Below, piece by piece: positions 20,695-29,847 of a stretch of 64,000 nt of DNA. Within the stretch, counting starts at the first letter, position 1. Every line of letters starts with the position of its first letter. The notes beneath the pieces were generated by a model, which did not search any database, was not told where the DNA came from, and worked only from the letters and a program-made list of their open reading frames with translations. A program made the translations under genes and the position numbers. Source of the stretch: Planctomycetota bacterium (GTDB taxonomy: Bacteria > Planctomycetota > B15-G4 > JADJEK01); assembly GCA_044225365.1 (NCBI GenBank), contig JBGAIQ010000009.1, positions 32,001 to 96,000 on the forward strand, in the 5' to 3' direction.

Positions 20695-21033
20695 TCATCT
20701 CATGGCGAGAACTACGAAGATGCCGATGCCCACGAGCGCCAGCAAGACGGAAACGGCGACGAGCCCTCGGCGGCGTCGATCGCCCTGATAACGGCTCCAA
20801 CCTTCGACATCCAGAAAGTAACGGCCGTCAGCCGTTCGATGCACTGCGCCTCGACTCGTCAAGCTCTCGAGGCGGCGCCTTTCGAGCGATCGATCGAGGG
20901 ACAACGGGATCGCCGACTCCGTGGTGAAGGCGCGGGCCTCCTCGAATCGCTGACGGATCCGCGCCTCGGCCCGCCGCATTGCGGCGACGACGATCAACGG
21001 AACCAGACTCGGAATCAAAGCGGCGGCACTCAT
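20695..21033 (-). CDS. Hypothetical membrane protein
   Basis: N- and C-terminal hydrophobic segments; GGAG upstream of the ATG. Confidence 0.6.
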   Translation of the reverse strand: MSAAALIPSLVPLIVVAAMRRAEARIRQRFEEARAFTTESAIPLSLDRSLERRRLESLTSRGAVHRTADGRYFLDVEGWSRYQGDRRRRGLVAVSVLLALVGIGIFVVLAMR

Positions 21034-21109
21034 TCCACTGCTCCTCGGAGAATTCGATGTCCATGTCCCATCGGATCCACCCGCAGCCAAGCCCTCTTGA
21101 CGCTCAAAT

Positions 21110-21706
21110 CTACGACACTACCGCTACATCCACGAAATTCACGAATTCAGGAACGACTCGCATCAGCCACCCGCGTCCCCGAGCGGAGATGTAGTTGTAG
21201 CGGGTCTCCGTCCCCCGGAAGAAATCGACTCCCGTCCAGCTGGACTCGTTGACCACGATCGAATCGTCTCGACGAATCTCCGTAACAGCCGTGTCGAGCC
21301 GGAGCGCCCACAGAACACCGAGCTGCGACGCAGTATCGGCACAGTGGGGCCTATCCAGTATGTACCCCTCGGGTTCCCCGTCCTCAGGGTACTCCACGGG
21401 TTCCTCCGCGAGGCGATCCCAGAGATGCCAATCCAAACGAACGATTCGAGCTTTTTGGACGGGAACGTAGCCGAGGCCTGTCAATCCAGAACGGTTGAGC
21501 AAGTGACTCAACGCGGCCGTCACGATGACGTCTCCGACACCAGGGAATGAGATCGGAGGAATGAACGGTCCGGTTCGCTCAAGCTGGACCAGAGCTTCCG
21601 AAGAACGCCCGAGGTGCGCCGTCATCCCGTGCACGAGAATATCGCCGTAGTCACCCCACGGAGCGCTTGGCGCCTCGAATCGGAAGAATCTCTCCGTCAT
21701 CGGCAT
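21110..21706 (-). CDS. Hypothetical protein
   Basis: WGDYGDILVHGM..LERTGPFIPPISFPG; 198-aa clean ORF. Confidence 0.7.
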   Translation of the reverse strand: MPMTERFFRFEAPSAPWGDYGDILVHGMTAHLGRSSEALVQLERTGPFIPPISFPGVGDVIVTAALSHLLNRSGLTGLGYVPVQKARIVRLDWHLWDRLAEEPVEYPEDGEPEGYILDRPHCADTASQLGVLWALRLDTAVTEIRRDDSIVVNESSWTGVDFFRGTETRYNYISARGRGWLMRVVPEFVNFVDVAVVS

Positions 21707-21885
21707 GCGTATCCTTCACGATGGGACCGTAGGCCTGCAGCTCGCGAAATCCCGCAATCGATTCGAGATCGCACGCGTTGCTCGGGCTTTGGCGCCTGAA
21801 TCCGACCGCGCTGCGAGAACCAATCAGGATCCCACTGCTACCGACGATTGCCGATCGGCGCTCGATCCCGGTACGACTCGATTCG

Positions 21886-22347
21886 CTACGCCCCTTGGTA
21901 AGCCCTCTCGAGGGCGGCGACGTCGAGCTTCACCATCGTCATCATGGCAGCCATCACGGCCTTTACCTTCGTAGGGTTCTTGTCGCCGATCAGTTCCATG
22001 AAGCGCCGCGGGACGATCTGCCACGAGATGCCGAACGGATCCTTGATCCAACCGCACGCGGTCGGCGCGGCGCCAGCCTTGACCAGCTTGTCCCAGTACA
22101 AATCGACTTCGGCCTGGTCCTTGCAGTCGACGTAGAACGAAATGCCTTCCGAGAAGCTGAAGTAGGGCCCGCCGTTGTAACCCATGAAGACCTGGCCACC
22201 CACGACGAACTCAGCGGAGGCGATCGGACCGTCCTTCCCATTGCGAGCCACGCTCCGAATCTGGGAGTCCGGGAAGGTGGCCATGTAGAACTCCATGGCC
22301 GCCTCGAGCTGATCGTTGAACATCAAGAAGGGTGTCACCTTGCCCAT
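21886..22347 (-). CDS. VOC family protein (PhnB/3-demethylubiquinone-9 MTase-like)
   Basis: KVTPFLMF..NGGPYFSFSEGISFYVDC.DQAEVD.YWDKL..CGWIKDPFGISWQIVP. Confidence 0.92.
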   Translation of the reverse strand: MGKVTPFLMFNDQLEAAMEFYMATFPDSQIRSVARNGKDGPIASAEFVVGGQVFMGYNGGPYFSFSEGISFYVDCKDQAEVDLYWDKLVKAGAAPTACGWIKDPFGISWQIVPRRFMELIGDKNPTKVKAVMAAMMTMVKLDVAALERAYQGA

Positions 22348-22425
22348 CGCCCACGGTCCTTTGTTGAAGAAGCATTGGAAGCGGGAACAGCGTACCCGCT
22401 TCGAGACGTTCGAGAGTCAGGACTC

Positions 22426-22472
22426 CTCGACGATTCGATGACTCGATGACTCGATGATTCGACGCTCGACGA
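22426..22472. repeat. Short 8-bp tandem repeat (YTCGAYGA, about 6 copies)
   Basis: ctcgacga ttcgatga ctcgatga ctcgatga ttcgacg ctcgacga. Confidence 0.7.
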
Positions 22473-22487
22473 CGGCCACCCGATGGC

Positions 22488-22967
22488 TCACGGAGAAGGC
22501 GGGATGTAGCGAACGAGGACGACGCGACCGTGGTAGCTCGCTCGCGCAACCTCTTCGGCGATGAGTGCCTGGACGGCCGCTTCATCGCCGCCGCCGGTTC
22601 CCGCACCGATCAGCGGCATGCCGACGGAACGAAGCCCGTGTTGATTCGCGAGGCGCAACGCGTTCGCTACCGACTGCCGGATCGAAGTCCGTGACGACCG
22701 CCAGAGCATGTCGATTCCGGCAACGTGATGGATCGCCTTGAACGGTAGTTTGCCGGCACCGGTGAGAACCGCCCCGCCGAGTGGGATCGCTCCATGACGC
22801 GCGAGCTCCCTGAATGGTCCGTACCCCGCTCGTTTCTTGATGGCGGCCGATACGCCCCGAGGAATCAGGAGCCACCACGGGATGATGTTGCGATTCCATG
22901 CGTTGACGATGACATCAACGTCTTGATGGAGAAGATCCCCGTCCACGAGTTCGAGGATTGGCGGCAT
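22488..22967 (-). CDS. Macro domain protein (ADP-ribose binding/hydrolase)
   Basis: GDLLHQDVDVIVNAWN, GVSAAI, GAGKLPFKAIHHVAG, MPLIGAGTGG. Confidence 0.88.
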   Translation of the reverse strand: MPPILELVDGDLLHQDVDVIVNAWNRNIIPWWLLIPRGVSAAIKKRAGYGPFRELARHGAIPLGGAVLTGAGKLPFKAIHHVAGIDMLWRSSRTSIRQSVANALRLANQHGLRSVGMPLIGAGTGGGDEAAVQALIAEEVARASYHGRVVLVRYIPPSP

Positions 22968-22976
22968 GCGTCGGTG

Positions 22977-23303
22977 TTATACCTTGGGAGCGGCGTGAGG
23001 ATGAAATTCGACGAGCTCATAAATGAACTCGCTCATACACGATTGACAGTTCGGGCAAACGATTCGACCTCGTGCGAACTCCTGTGCGCGCACACCGCAG
23101 CCGGGACAGTACCATTCACCGCCCCATCGAAACGCAATGTCGGGAAAGGCAATGTCGCGCTCGCTGGGTCGGCGCGATTTCGACACGTAGCAATCGGTCA
23201 ACCGCGACGCCATCACCTTGGACAGTCCCATTCCGCCCGCGACGCAGGTCAGTTCGCCCTGGATATCGACCAGTCGATCGCCGCACCGGGGGCAGAACAG
23301 CAT
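22977..23303 (-). CDS. Small Cys-rich zinc-finger-like protein
   Basis: CPRCG, CPGCG, CPNC motifs; C-terminal ELVEFHPH. Confidence 0.65.
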   Translation of the reverse strand: MLFCPRCGDRLVDIQGELTCVAGGMGLSKVMASRLTDCYVSKSRRPSERDIAFPDIAFRWGGEWYCPGCGVRAQEFARGRIVCPNCQSCMSEFIYELVEFHPHAAPKV

Positions 23304-23317
23304 CGAGACGGCTCGAG

Positions 23318-23827
23318 TCAAAGCTCGCTCCTCCATCGCAGGAACTCGACGGCGACCTGAGGCGTCAACTCCAACGCCGCTTCCGCGATGGCGACTTGCC
23401 CCTTCGCAGCGGCAAGTGCGGCCATACAACAGGCCGTGAAATCCGCCTCCCATGGACGAACCGCGGCCGAAGCAATGATCGACGGCAGTCGATTCAGTGC
23501 TGCGAAGTAGGCAGACTCGAGGTCCGTTGGGATCGGCGGCCCGCTCTTGATGCGACAGATCTCGACCCACGCAGGGAATAGAAAGTAGCCATGGTCCGCT
23601 CGATCGGGCGCACGAGACAAAGATCCAATGATATGCGGAACCGCTGCGTACGAACCCGTGTAGACATCTCCTTGGTGCGCGAGCGCGCTCCAGAGACTGA
23701 ACCAAGGCTCCGAATTCCCCGAGGACGATGGAACCTCGGAGATCGCGCCCAACCACCCAGGAACGTCGGACGCATTGCCGTATGCGTGGCGGAGTTGGCC
23801 CCAACGGCGGCTTTTCAACTCGAGCAA
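23318..23827 (-). CDS. Hypothetical protein (helical repeat-like)
   Basis: WGQLRHAYGNASDVP..LWSALAHQGDVYTGSYAAVPH. Confidence 0.75.
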   Translation of the reverse strand: MLELKSRRWGQLRHAYGNASDVPGWLGAISEVPSSSGNSEPWFSLWSALAHQGDVYTGSYAAVPHIIGSLSRAPDRADHGYFLFPAWVEICRIKSGPPIPTDLESAYFAALNRLPSIIASAAVRPWEADFTACCMAALAAAKGQVAIAEAALELTPQVAVEFLRWRSEL

Positions 23828-23994
23828 GGTTCACCTCGATGGTTGCATCGCATTGCCGCTACCCGGCGAGCGGCGGTGCGAGTGTACCGTCTCATTCGTC
23901 CGCATCGTCATGGTCCTAATTGCGCGGTCCGCTGAAAGAGTCGGCCGAGCACAAGGACCAAGGGTCAGTTACAGCACTCGGATAGGGCAAAGCG

Positions 23995-24528
23995 TCACTT
24001 GCGTGTCCACCGGACCACGTTGAGCAACGCCCTGTGTGGCAGGGAGAATTCGCAAGCATCGAGCGAGTACTCGCCCGGTTCGACGCGCACTAAGAGCGCA
24101 TCACCTATGCACGCGACGTCCCGATCGGGGTCGATCGCCAAATCAGCAAGTACGCAGGCGGCGTGGAAGAGGAGCAACTTGCCCGACGCGGCAGTAATGG
24201 TGCCGAGCGGCGTCCATGAGCAGAGAGGGTCGGTGAGGAGTCGCGGGAGTTCATGAACGACGTCGTCGTTCGCGAAGACGCACCCGACCAAGAAGAGGGG
24301 ACCATCGGGCGCACGAAGCCACCAGGCCGTCCCGAGTCCTTCATCCGCGTCGATCACGACTCCGGCGTTCGTCGCGAGACGCACCAGACCAGCCGGATAA
24401 CCCGCTTCGCATGCGCGGCGATAGTCCGACTCATCGTCGGGTTGCTCCCCTCCCGTCCAGAGGGTGGCGGCGCGAGCGTCGAGCGCGATGAGTGGCCCGC
24501 CGTCATTGGCGAAGACTCGTTCGCTCAC
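23995..24528 (-). CDS. Imm21-like immunity protein
   Basis: GGPLI..W.G...DYRRAC pattern resembles Imm21; GTG start overlaps the upstream stop. Confidence 0.55.
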   Translation of the reverse strand: MSERVFANDGGPLIALDARAATLWTGGEQPDDESDYRRACEAGYPAGLVRLATNAGVVIDADEGLGTAWWLRAPDGPLFLVGCVFANDDVVHELPRLLTDPLCSWTPLGTITAASGKLLLFHAACVLADLAIDPDRDVACIGDALLVRVEPGEYSLDACEFSLPHRALLNVVRWTRK

Positions 24529-25484
24529 GCCCCGATTTCCCCTGTCAGCCGTTGGCCCGAGCAGGCCCCACGTCGCCGTGCCGCGCGCAATAGCAGCACG
24601 ACCGCGACCGATGTCGACGCCATCACCAGCCACGAACTCTCGGGACCGAACATTCCACCGGTCAGCCAGTCCGGCCCGGCATAGCGGCTCTCGAGTGGCG
24701 CCAATTTGCGCCAGTCCTCGATTCCGGAGAGCGGCACGCCCGCGAGGAGTATGGTGAAGTTCCATGCCGCGTGATGCGCGGCCACCGCCCATAGGTTACG
24801 CGTCAGGATGAACACCGCGGCCCAGAGAAGGCCCGTCAAGATCACTGCGATCAACATCGTCACCAGATCGAAAGCCCCGCCTTCCGCAACGTTCTCCACG
24901 TGTTGCAGGGCGAACGCCACCGCCTGCACCACCAGCGCCACCTTCGTTCCCCCGGCTCGCTCCACGACGCGGAACAGCAGACAGCGAAATGTCAGCTCTT
25001 CCAAGGTGGCCGCGATGCAGAGGAAGGCGGCTACGCCGAACAGGGCCGGCGAGAAGCCGCGAAACAGCACCCGTTCGTACACGCCCAGTGCGAACAGGAT
25101 AGCGATCGGCAGCCCTACCATGGCTGCACCGCTCGCTGCGCCGAGCATCAGGTGAATTGGCCGCAGACGCAGCTCGGTCGCTTCGCGCTTCTCATGCCAG
25201 TGAACGAATGCCCAGTAGGACCCCACCGCCGTGAGAAGGATGCCGACGCGCCGGACGACACTGAGCCATTCGGCGCATGGATGAAAGGCTGCGTCGATCA
25301 GCGGCAGCAGGCCCTTTCGGAAGATCAGCATCGAGCCAAGGATCGCCACCCCACCCAGCAGCAGGGAGCCGAGCATACGACCGGCGACTCGGATACGACC
25401 TCGCGCACCGCTTTCCGTTACAAGCCGAACGGTGCCGCTCGTCTTTGCATTCTCGGGGTCGACCCGCGGATCTTGATGCTTCAT
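24525..25484 (-). CDS. CPBP (CAAX/Abi) intramembrane metalloprotease
   Basis: EELTFR, FALQH, AHHAAWN, GGMFGPESS motifs; multiple TM segments. Confidence 0.9.
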   Translation of the reverse strand: MKHQDPRVDPENAKTSGTVRLVTESGARGRIRVAGRMLGSLLLGGVAILGSMLIFRKGLLPLIDAAFHPCAEWLSVVRRVGILLTAVGSYWAFVHWHEKREATELRLRPIHLMLGAASGAAMVGLPIAILFALGVYERVLFRGFSPALFGVAAFLCIAATLEELTFRCLLFRVVERAGGTKVALVVQAVAFALQHVENVAEGGAFDLVTMLIAVILTGLLWAAVFILTRNLWAVAAHHAAWNFTILLAGVPLSGIEDWRKLAPLESRYAGPDWLTGGMFGPESSWLVMASTSVAVVLLLRAARRRGACSGQRLTGEIGA

Positions 25485-25685
25485 GTCGCTGCTCAGATGC
25501 GGTGCGCGGCGAACGGAGCGCGGCACGCGCTCGGCGGCGTCGGCGGTGCGGAGAATATAGGATTCCGTGAACGAGCTCCAGCATGGACGGGCGGATGGGG
25601 ATTCGACTCTGGCCGGACAGCCTCTTGCCCTATATCCCCGATGCCCCGATGCCCTACAGCACACGCTCGGCAGCAGACCGGAGCG

Positions 25686-26087
25686 CTACTTGGATTGGAA
25701 CATCCAACGAATTCCGTACCGGTCGTTCAGTGCGCCGTAAAGGCCGAACGGCTGTTCAACGAGCGGATCCGTGACGTTGGCTCCATCGGAGAGCTTCGTG
25801 AAGGCGGCCTTGATCTCGTCTCTACTTCCACCGCTGAGGTAGAGGCACACCGTATTGCCTTGAACGGGGGTCTCCGTCGGTCGCAGCCAGTCGGAGGCCG
25901 AGATGTCCGCGAGGTCGCTCTTGAGCCTCGCGTTCACGATCCTGCCATGCATCGAGGGCGGGAACATCGACTTCATTGGTGAGTCACCCACGGAAGTCAT
26001 TACCAATTCCCCACCGAGCGCCTCGTGATAGAAGGACATGGCGTCCTTACACGTTCCTGGCAGGAGAAGGTACGGCGTCAAGTGCAT
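25686..26087 (-). CDS. VOC/PhnB-like protein (may carry an N-terminal lipoprotein-like extension to ~26250)
   Basis: HLTPYLLLPGTCKDAMSFY..QPFGLYGALNDRYGIRWMF. Confidence 0.85.
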   Translation of the reverse strand: MHLTPYLLLPGTCKDAMSFYHEALGGELVMTSVGDSPMKSMFPPSMHGRIVNARLKSDLADISASDWLRPTETPVQGNTVCLYLSGGSRDEIKAAFTKLSDGANVTDPLVEQPFGLYGALNDRYGIRWMFQSK

Positions 26088-26399
26088 GGATTGACTCTCC
26101 AAGTCCGGTTTGTCGGGGGTTGCAGTGGCGACGCCGCTGGCGGTCGTCATCGCGGGCTGCGTCTCGCTCGACGCAGAACAGCTTACGATGACCAGACAAT
26201 TCAGAAGCGCCGCGATTCTGATTGCTCGAAGGCGGATGGACGATAGGGGCACAGTTGACTCCGGGGGCGATCGATACGAAACCGTTGTCTGCCGACCACT
26301 CGGCAGCGTAGCACGCGAGGCCGCGTCGGCTGCGTGCTGTTGTTTCCTGGACGTCCGCGATGCGCTTCTAGAGAATAGCAACGATGACCTCCCTGTTTC

Positions 26400-26830
26400 G
26401 CTTTACGGCGACGAATCTGGGCGCGTGTCCTAGCGCGTCACGACTGGAGGCTGCCCCGTGATCGAGTAAGACGACCGCCTTCTCGATCCTACCACTTCGT
26501 ACGGCGTTCTACAGATGCGTAGCGCCCTCCCGCGATCGCACGTCGACCGGCGAAGCCCGCTCGAGAAGCAAGGTCAGGATTGCAAGATCCTGCGACACGA
26601 GTGCCCCATGCAGCGGTGCGGGGCCGCCACTCGCGCGCAGTCGATGGGGACGCCAGCGGCCAAGTGCTCGTCCATCGCAGGCGTGCTCGCGCGCGCGGCT
26701 GTGATATGGAGTATGGAGCGAGTCTTGTAGGGGGCAGTCCGGAATAGGCCGAACGAGATCGAGCGGAGTGGCGGCCGGTAAACCCCGCCGATCGCACGCG
26801 TTCACGTCCGCTCTGTGATCGAGTGCGCTT
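26400..26830 (-). pseudogene. Degraded ankyrin repeat gene
   Basis: Ankyrin motifs spread over different frames (HRADVNA; ILHITAA..LAAGVPID; PLHGA..LLLERASPVD) with an in-frame TAG before NAVRSGRIEKAVVLLDHGA. Confidence 0.65.
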
Positions 26831-26884
26831 CTCCTTCGGCATCCGTTCTCGGCCGAGTTCTTCCACGGGCTGTTCGCCGCCTGT

Positions 26885-27154
26885 CTACCCATCCAGCCAT
26901 GGTCCCTTCTCCCACTTGGGCCCTTCCGCCGACACTTCGAGAATGCGAGTGCGAGAGAGTTGGCGCCAGGGTGTCTGACTCGCGTCGTACTCGACGATTT
27001 CATACTTTCGGCCGCAGGTCTTCCACGTCGTGCACGGTGCGGCGTTCGGGGGCTGGTCCCACGGCATCTCGGCGCGCCGGCGAACTTCGGCAAGAGCGTC
27101 GTCGAAGGTGCCGAACTCACCGATCTGTTCAGCGTGAGATTCGTCTTCGATCAC
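26885..27154 (-). CDS. Small hypothetical protein
   Basis: VIEDESHAE..PWDQPPNAAPCTTWKTCGRKYEIVEY; start uncertain. Confidence 0.6.
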   Translation of the reverse strand: MIEDESHAEQIGEFGTFDDALAEVRRRAEMPWDQPPNAAPCTTWKTCGRKYEIVEYDASQTPWRQLSRTRILEVSAEGPKWEKGPWLDG

Positions 27155-27283
27155 GAAAATCGGGACACCTCGCGGGTGCGGCGGGCAACGCGTTGAAAGT
27201 ACCGGCACTCCCCAGTGCGCGCGACTCGGAAAACGCGGTGGACCGCGCTCCGCGCCCATCCGTCCGGTATCCTGCCCGCCATC

Positions 27284-27751
27284 TCAGCCCTGCTCCTCAT
27301 GGATGAGTCTGAACTTCCGATTCAGGTCCACTGTCTTGAACGAGAAATAGAATCCGGAGTATTCCGGGTCGGCGCGATCCGACGCAGGCACGATCCTCTC
27401 CTCCACGGCATCATAATCCACTGCGGAGGCGTAGGTGCCGATGGCTCGCGCTTCTACTGGCTCGGTGTCCACCACGACTCGGTCGCCCTTCCTGAGCCTG
27501 GCCTGCCCACCCCCCGTGAACGGCGCTCCCCACGACGTCATGTAGTGAACGTCCACGTCGTCCAGCGCCTCGTAGATGTCTCCTTTGCGGGGAAAACGCA
27601 TGTCCGCCGGAATAAGGCTGCGCTCGTAATCCCGGGCCCATACCCATTCGGAATGTCCGATCGAGGTCCGCTCGCCGCGCTCCATTTCTGCGCATAGGTC
27701 GTCGATCGTCTTGTTCCAACCGGACGGGGTTGGCGGCACGGAGTTGCTCAT
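27284..27751 (-). CDS. Hypothetical cassette protein
   Basis: RFPRKGDIYEALDD..WGAPFTGGG; follows an eroded attC. Confidence 0.7.
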   Translation of the reverse strand: MSNSVPPTPSGWNKTIDDLCAEMERGERTSIGHSEWVWARDYERSLIPADMRFPRKGDIYEALDDVDVHYMTSWGAPFTGGGQARLRKGDRVVVDTEPVEARAIGTYASAVDYDAVEERIVPASDRADPEYSGFYFSFKTVDLNRKFRLIHEEQG

Positions 27752-27772
27752 CGAAGCCTTCGCCTCCACGTT

Positions 27773-27950
27773 GGTCCGCAAGCTCTGAATCGAGAGACAC
27801 CACGCGAAATGGGCCGTCGCTCCCCACATCGAAAGCGCCACGCCCTCGACTCCCTGATGTCGCGTACCGCCGAGCGGTGTGTCGCGTCCGAGAGCATCGG
27901 GTCTCGGGTTGCCTGGATCGCGGCGTGTCCGCTCCTTTGGCGAGTTGGCG
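27773..27950 (-). other. Eroded attC site
   Basis: R''-like CGCCAAC on the minus strand (27944-27950) just after the stop at 27958; distal arm degenerate. Confidence 0.4.
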
Positions 27951-27957
27951 GGCCACT

Positions 27958-28278
27958 TTACCAACCCATCACGGCGGGAAGTCGCCGGCCCGCCGCATCG
28001 ATCAGAGTCCAGAGGTCGATGAGAAAGCACAGGGCGAGCATGATTCGGCCGACCGTTGGAACGCGACGCCAGATCACGACAGAAAGCACCGAGGCCAAAG
28101 CCGCGATGCCGATGACCTGCATCACGATCGAACGATAGTCATTGTTTGCGAATGTGATCATGTTGATCGCGAACGCGTACAACGTCATGAGCAAGACGAG
28201 GGTGTAGCCCAGCGCAACCAACGGAAATGTCCTCCTTACCGGCCGGTTCGAAGATGCCGCCCCGAGGAATCCGTTCAA
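27958..28278 (-). CDS. Small membrane protein (about 3 TM segments)
   Basis: Three hydrophobic segments; stop followed by an attC-like sequence. Confidence 0.65.
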   Translation of the reverse strand: MNGFLGAASSNRPVRRTFPLVALGYTLVLLMTLYAFAINMITFANNDYRSIVMQVIGIAALASVLSVVIWRRVPTVGRIMLALCFLIDLWTLIDAAGRRLPAVMGW

Positions 28279-28333
28279 TGCACACGCGGGCCCCCGAAGG
28301 AGCGCGCCGCATCGGGTTCGCTCGAGCGAGAGG

Positions 28334-28804
28334 TCATGCGTCCATCCTCAGTAGGTGTGAAAGGATGCGGTTGAGAGTTTCGCGAAGTTCCATCCGCTCC
28401 TCGTCATCGAACGTCGGCACGAGGTTCGACATCCCGCACGAAAGGTACTCGAGAACGACCGCTCGCTCGTTGGCGGGCCAATGGCGAAATTCGAGGCGAA
28501 GCAATGTCTCCGACAGATGAAGGGGGTACAACGGCGGCTCGTGCCAAGGAGGGCCGAGGATTCGAAGGATACGCGGGAGATAGCGCCGGTAGGCACTGGC
28601 ATTTTCGCAATGGTCGAACGACTCCCACAACAACTTGCGACTGAGATCGTGGTCGAGCGCCTCGAGCGGTATGGAGGCGAGTCGATCGATGTCGTCCTCG
28701 GAGTAACAGTAATTGCAGAATTCCGCACGGATCCGCTGGTAGGCAGCGAACGTCTTGTAGAGCGCACTCGTGTCCGGCGATGGCACTATGAACGGTTCTC
28801 GCAT
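28334..28804 (-). CDS. Hypothetical protein
   Basis: FCNYCY..YRRYLPRIL..WPANERAVVLEYL. Confidence 0.65.
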   Translation of the reverse strand: MREPFIVPSPDTSALYKTFAAYQRIRAEFCNYCYSEDDIDRLASIPLEALDHDLSRKLLWESFDHCENASAYRRYLPRILRILGPPWHEPPLYPLHLSETLLRLEFRHWPANERAVVLEYLSCGMSNLVPTFDDEERMELRETLNRILSHLLRMDA

Positions 28805-29122
28805 GAGGCACATCGCAGCCGAGGAAATTGGACCTCTTCGACCTCGAACTGGCGCCTGAGGCAGCAGTCTATCGTCCACAGGTCGTCCTGTCGCCGTCAT
28901 CGGACCACGATCGTGTGTCGTTCACGTGGCCCGTCTCTTGAGGTCACATCCTCCCGAGCCGTGTCGATCCAGATCTCGCAACCTTGTCGGGCGAGGCCGG
29001 CTCGTGGTCGATGAGGCGCAGACCCCTGTCGGAACGCACGCAGTCGCGAAGGGTCAGGCAGCCGCAAACAGCGCGTCGGCCAAGGCCCGCGAGGAGGCGT
29101 CCAGGCCGTCATAGGCGCCCAT

Positions 29123-29662
29123 TCACGTTTCGTCGCGCTCGATCCTTCCACCGGACACGACCAAATGCGGCGCGTCTGCTTCGGGGCGAAAGAGCCGCCA
29201 ATCCTCATCGATCGATCCAGACGGGAACACTGCAAGTCTATACCCGCCGTTGAAGGCGATCGTGAATGAGCCGTGCGATTGAATCGCGACCGACTCGACG
29301 AGCAAACCAGTATCGTTCGACATGACTCGCTCCATCCGCAGATCTTGCACGTTACCGTCACGGTCGTAATCCCGGTCGTCGTCCGAGAATCCCTCGGGTT
29401 CATGGAGCGGCCGCAGTAGATCGGCCCGACCCGTGACGATTTCCTTGTCCGTCTCGATTCGCCACGGACACTGAATATGGAGGGCAAAGTCGCACACTGT
29501 TCCGCGCGGCTCGCCCTTTCGAAAGGGAAGTACCGATTCCGCCGCGCGACGGATGGTGCCGAAGTGAAGTACGCGCATGTCGCAAGCCCGTCTTGCGATG
29601 GACAGCTTCAGGCCAACCAACTGCTTCAGCGCTTCGAGGATCTCAGTATCATCCCGATCCAA
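29123..29662 (-). CDS. Hypothetical cassette protein
   Basis: LHFG..ALHIQCPWRI..EDWRLFRP..HLVVSG. Confidence 0.7.
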   Translation of the reverse strand: MDRDDTEILEALKQLVGLKLSIARRACDMRVLHFGTIRRAAESVLPFRKGEPRGTVCDFALHIQCPWRIETDKEIVTGRADLLRPLHEPEGFSDDDRDYDRDGNVQDLRMERVMSNDTGLLVESVAIQSHGSFTIAFNGGYRLAVFPSGSIDEDWRLFRPEADAPHLVVSGGRIERDET

Positions 29663-29677
29663 TCATATGTCCTTTGG

Positions 29678-29847
29678 AGAAGAGCGGCTGAGCTGAGCGG
29701 TGCGCGCGCTTGCATCGGAGATCGTCCTTTCTCTTCCGACGCGTCTCACCGCGCGAGGTGGTAGGCCGCGAGCCGCACCCCGCGATTCAGCGTTGGGCAA
29801 GTCGAGTGTAGCTGTATGAGATCATTCGTTGCAACGGCACGTTATCG
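29678..29847 (-). other. Partly eroded attC site
   Basis: Minus strand CGATAAC-gtgcc-GTTGCAAC contains the upstream gene's TAA; the distal arm CCGCTCAGCTCAGCCGC lacks a clean GTT. Confidence 0.55.

Noticed and set aside
25553-25636. ATATAGG...CCTATAT inverted repeat as another attC-like site
   Set aside because: The arms are only 7 bp, their order is opposite to the other sites, and there is no convincing internal stem.
28815-29120. ORFs in the gap between cassettes (e.g. 28897-29487)
   Set aside because: They show no recognisable motifs and overlap a better-supported gene; probably decayed sequence.
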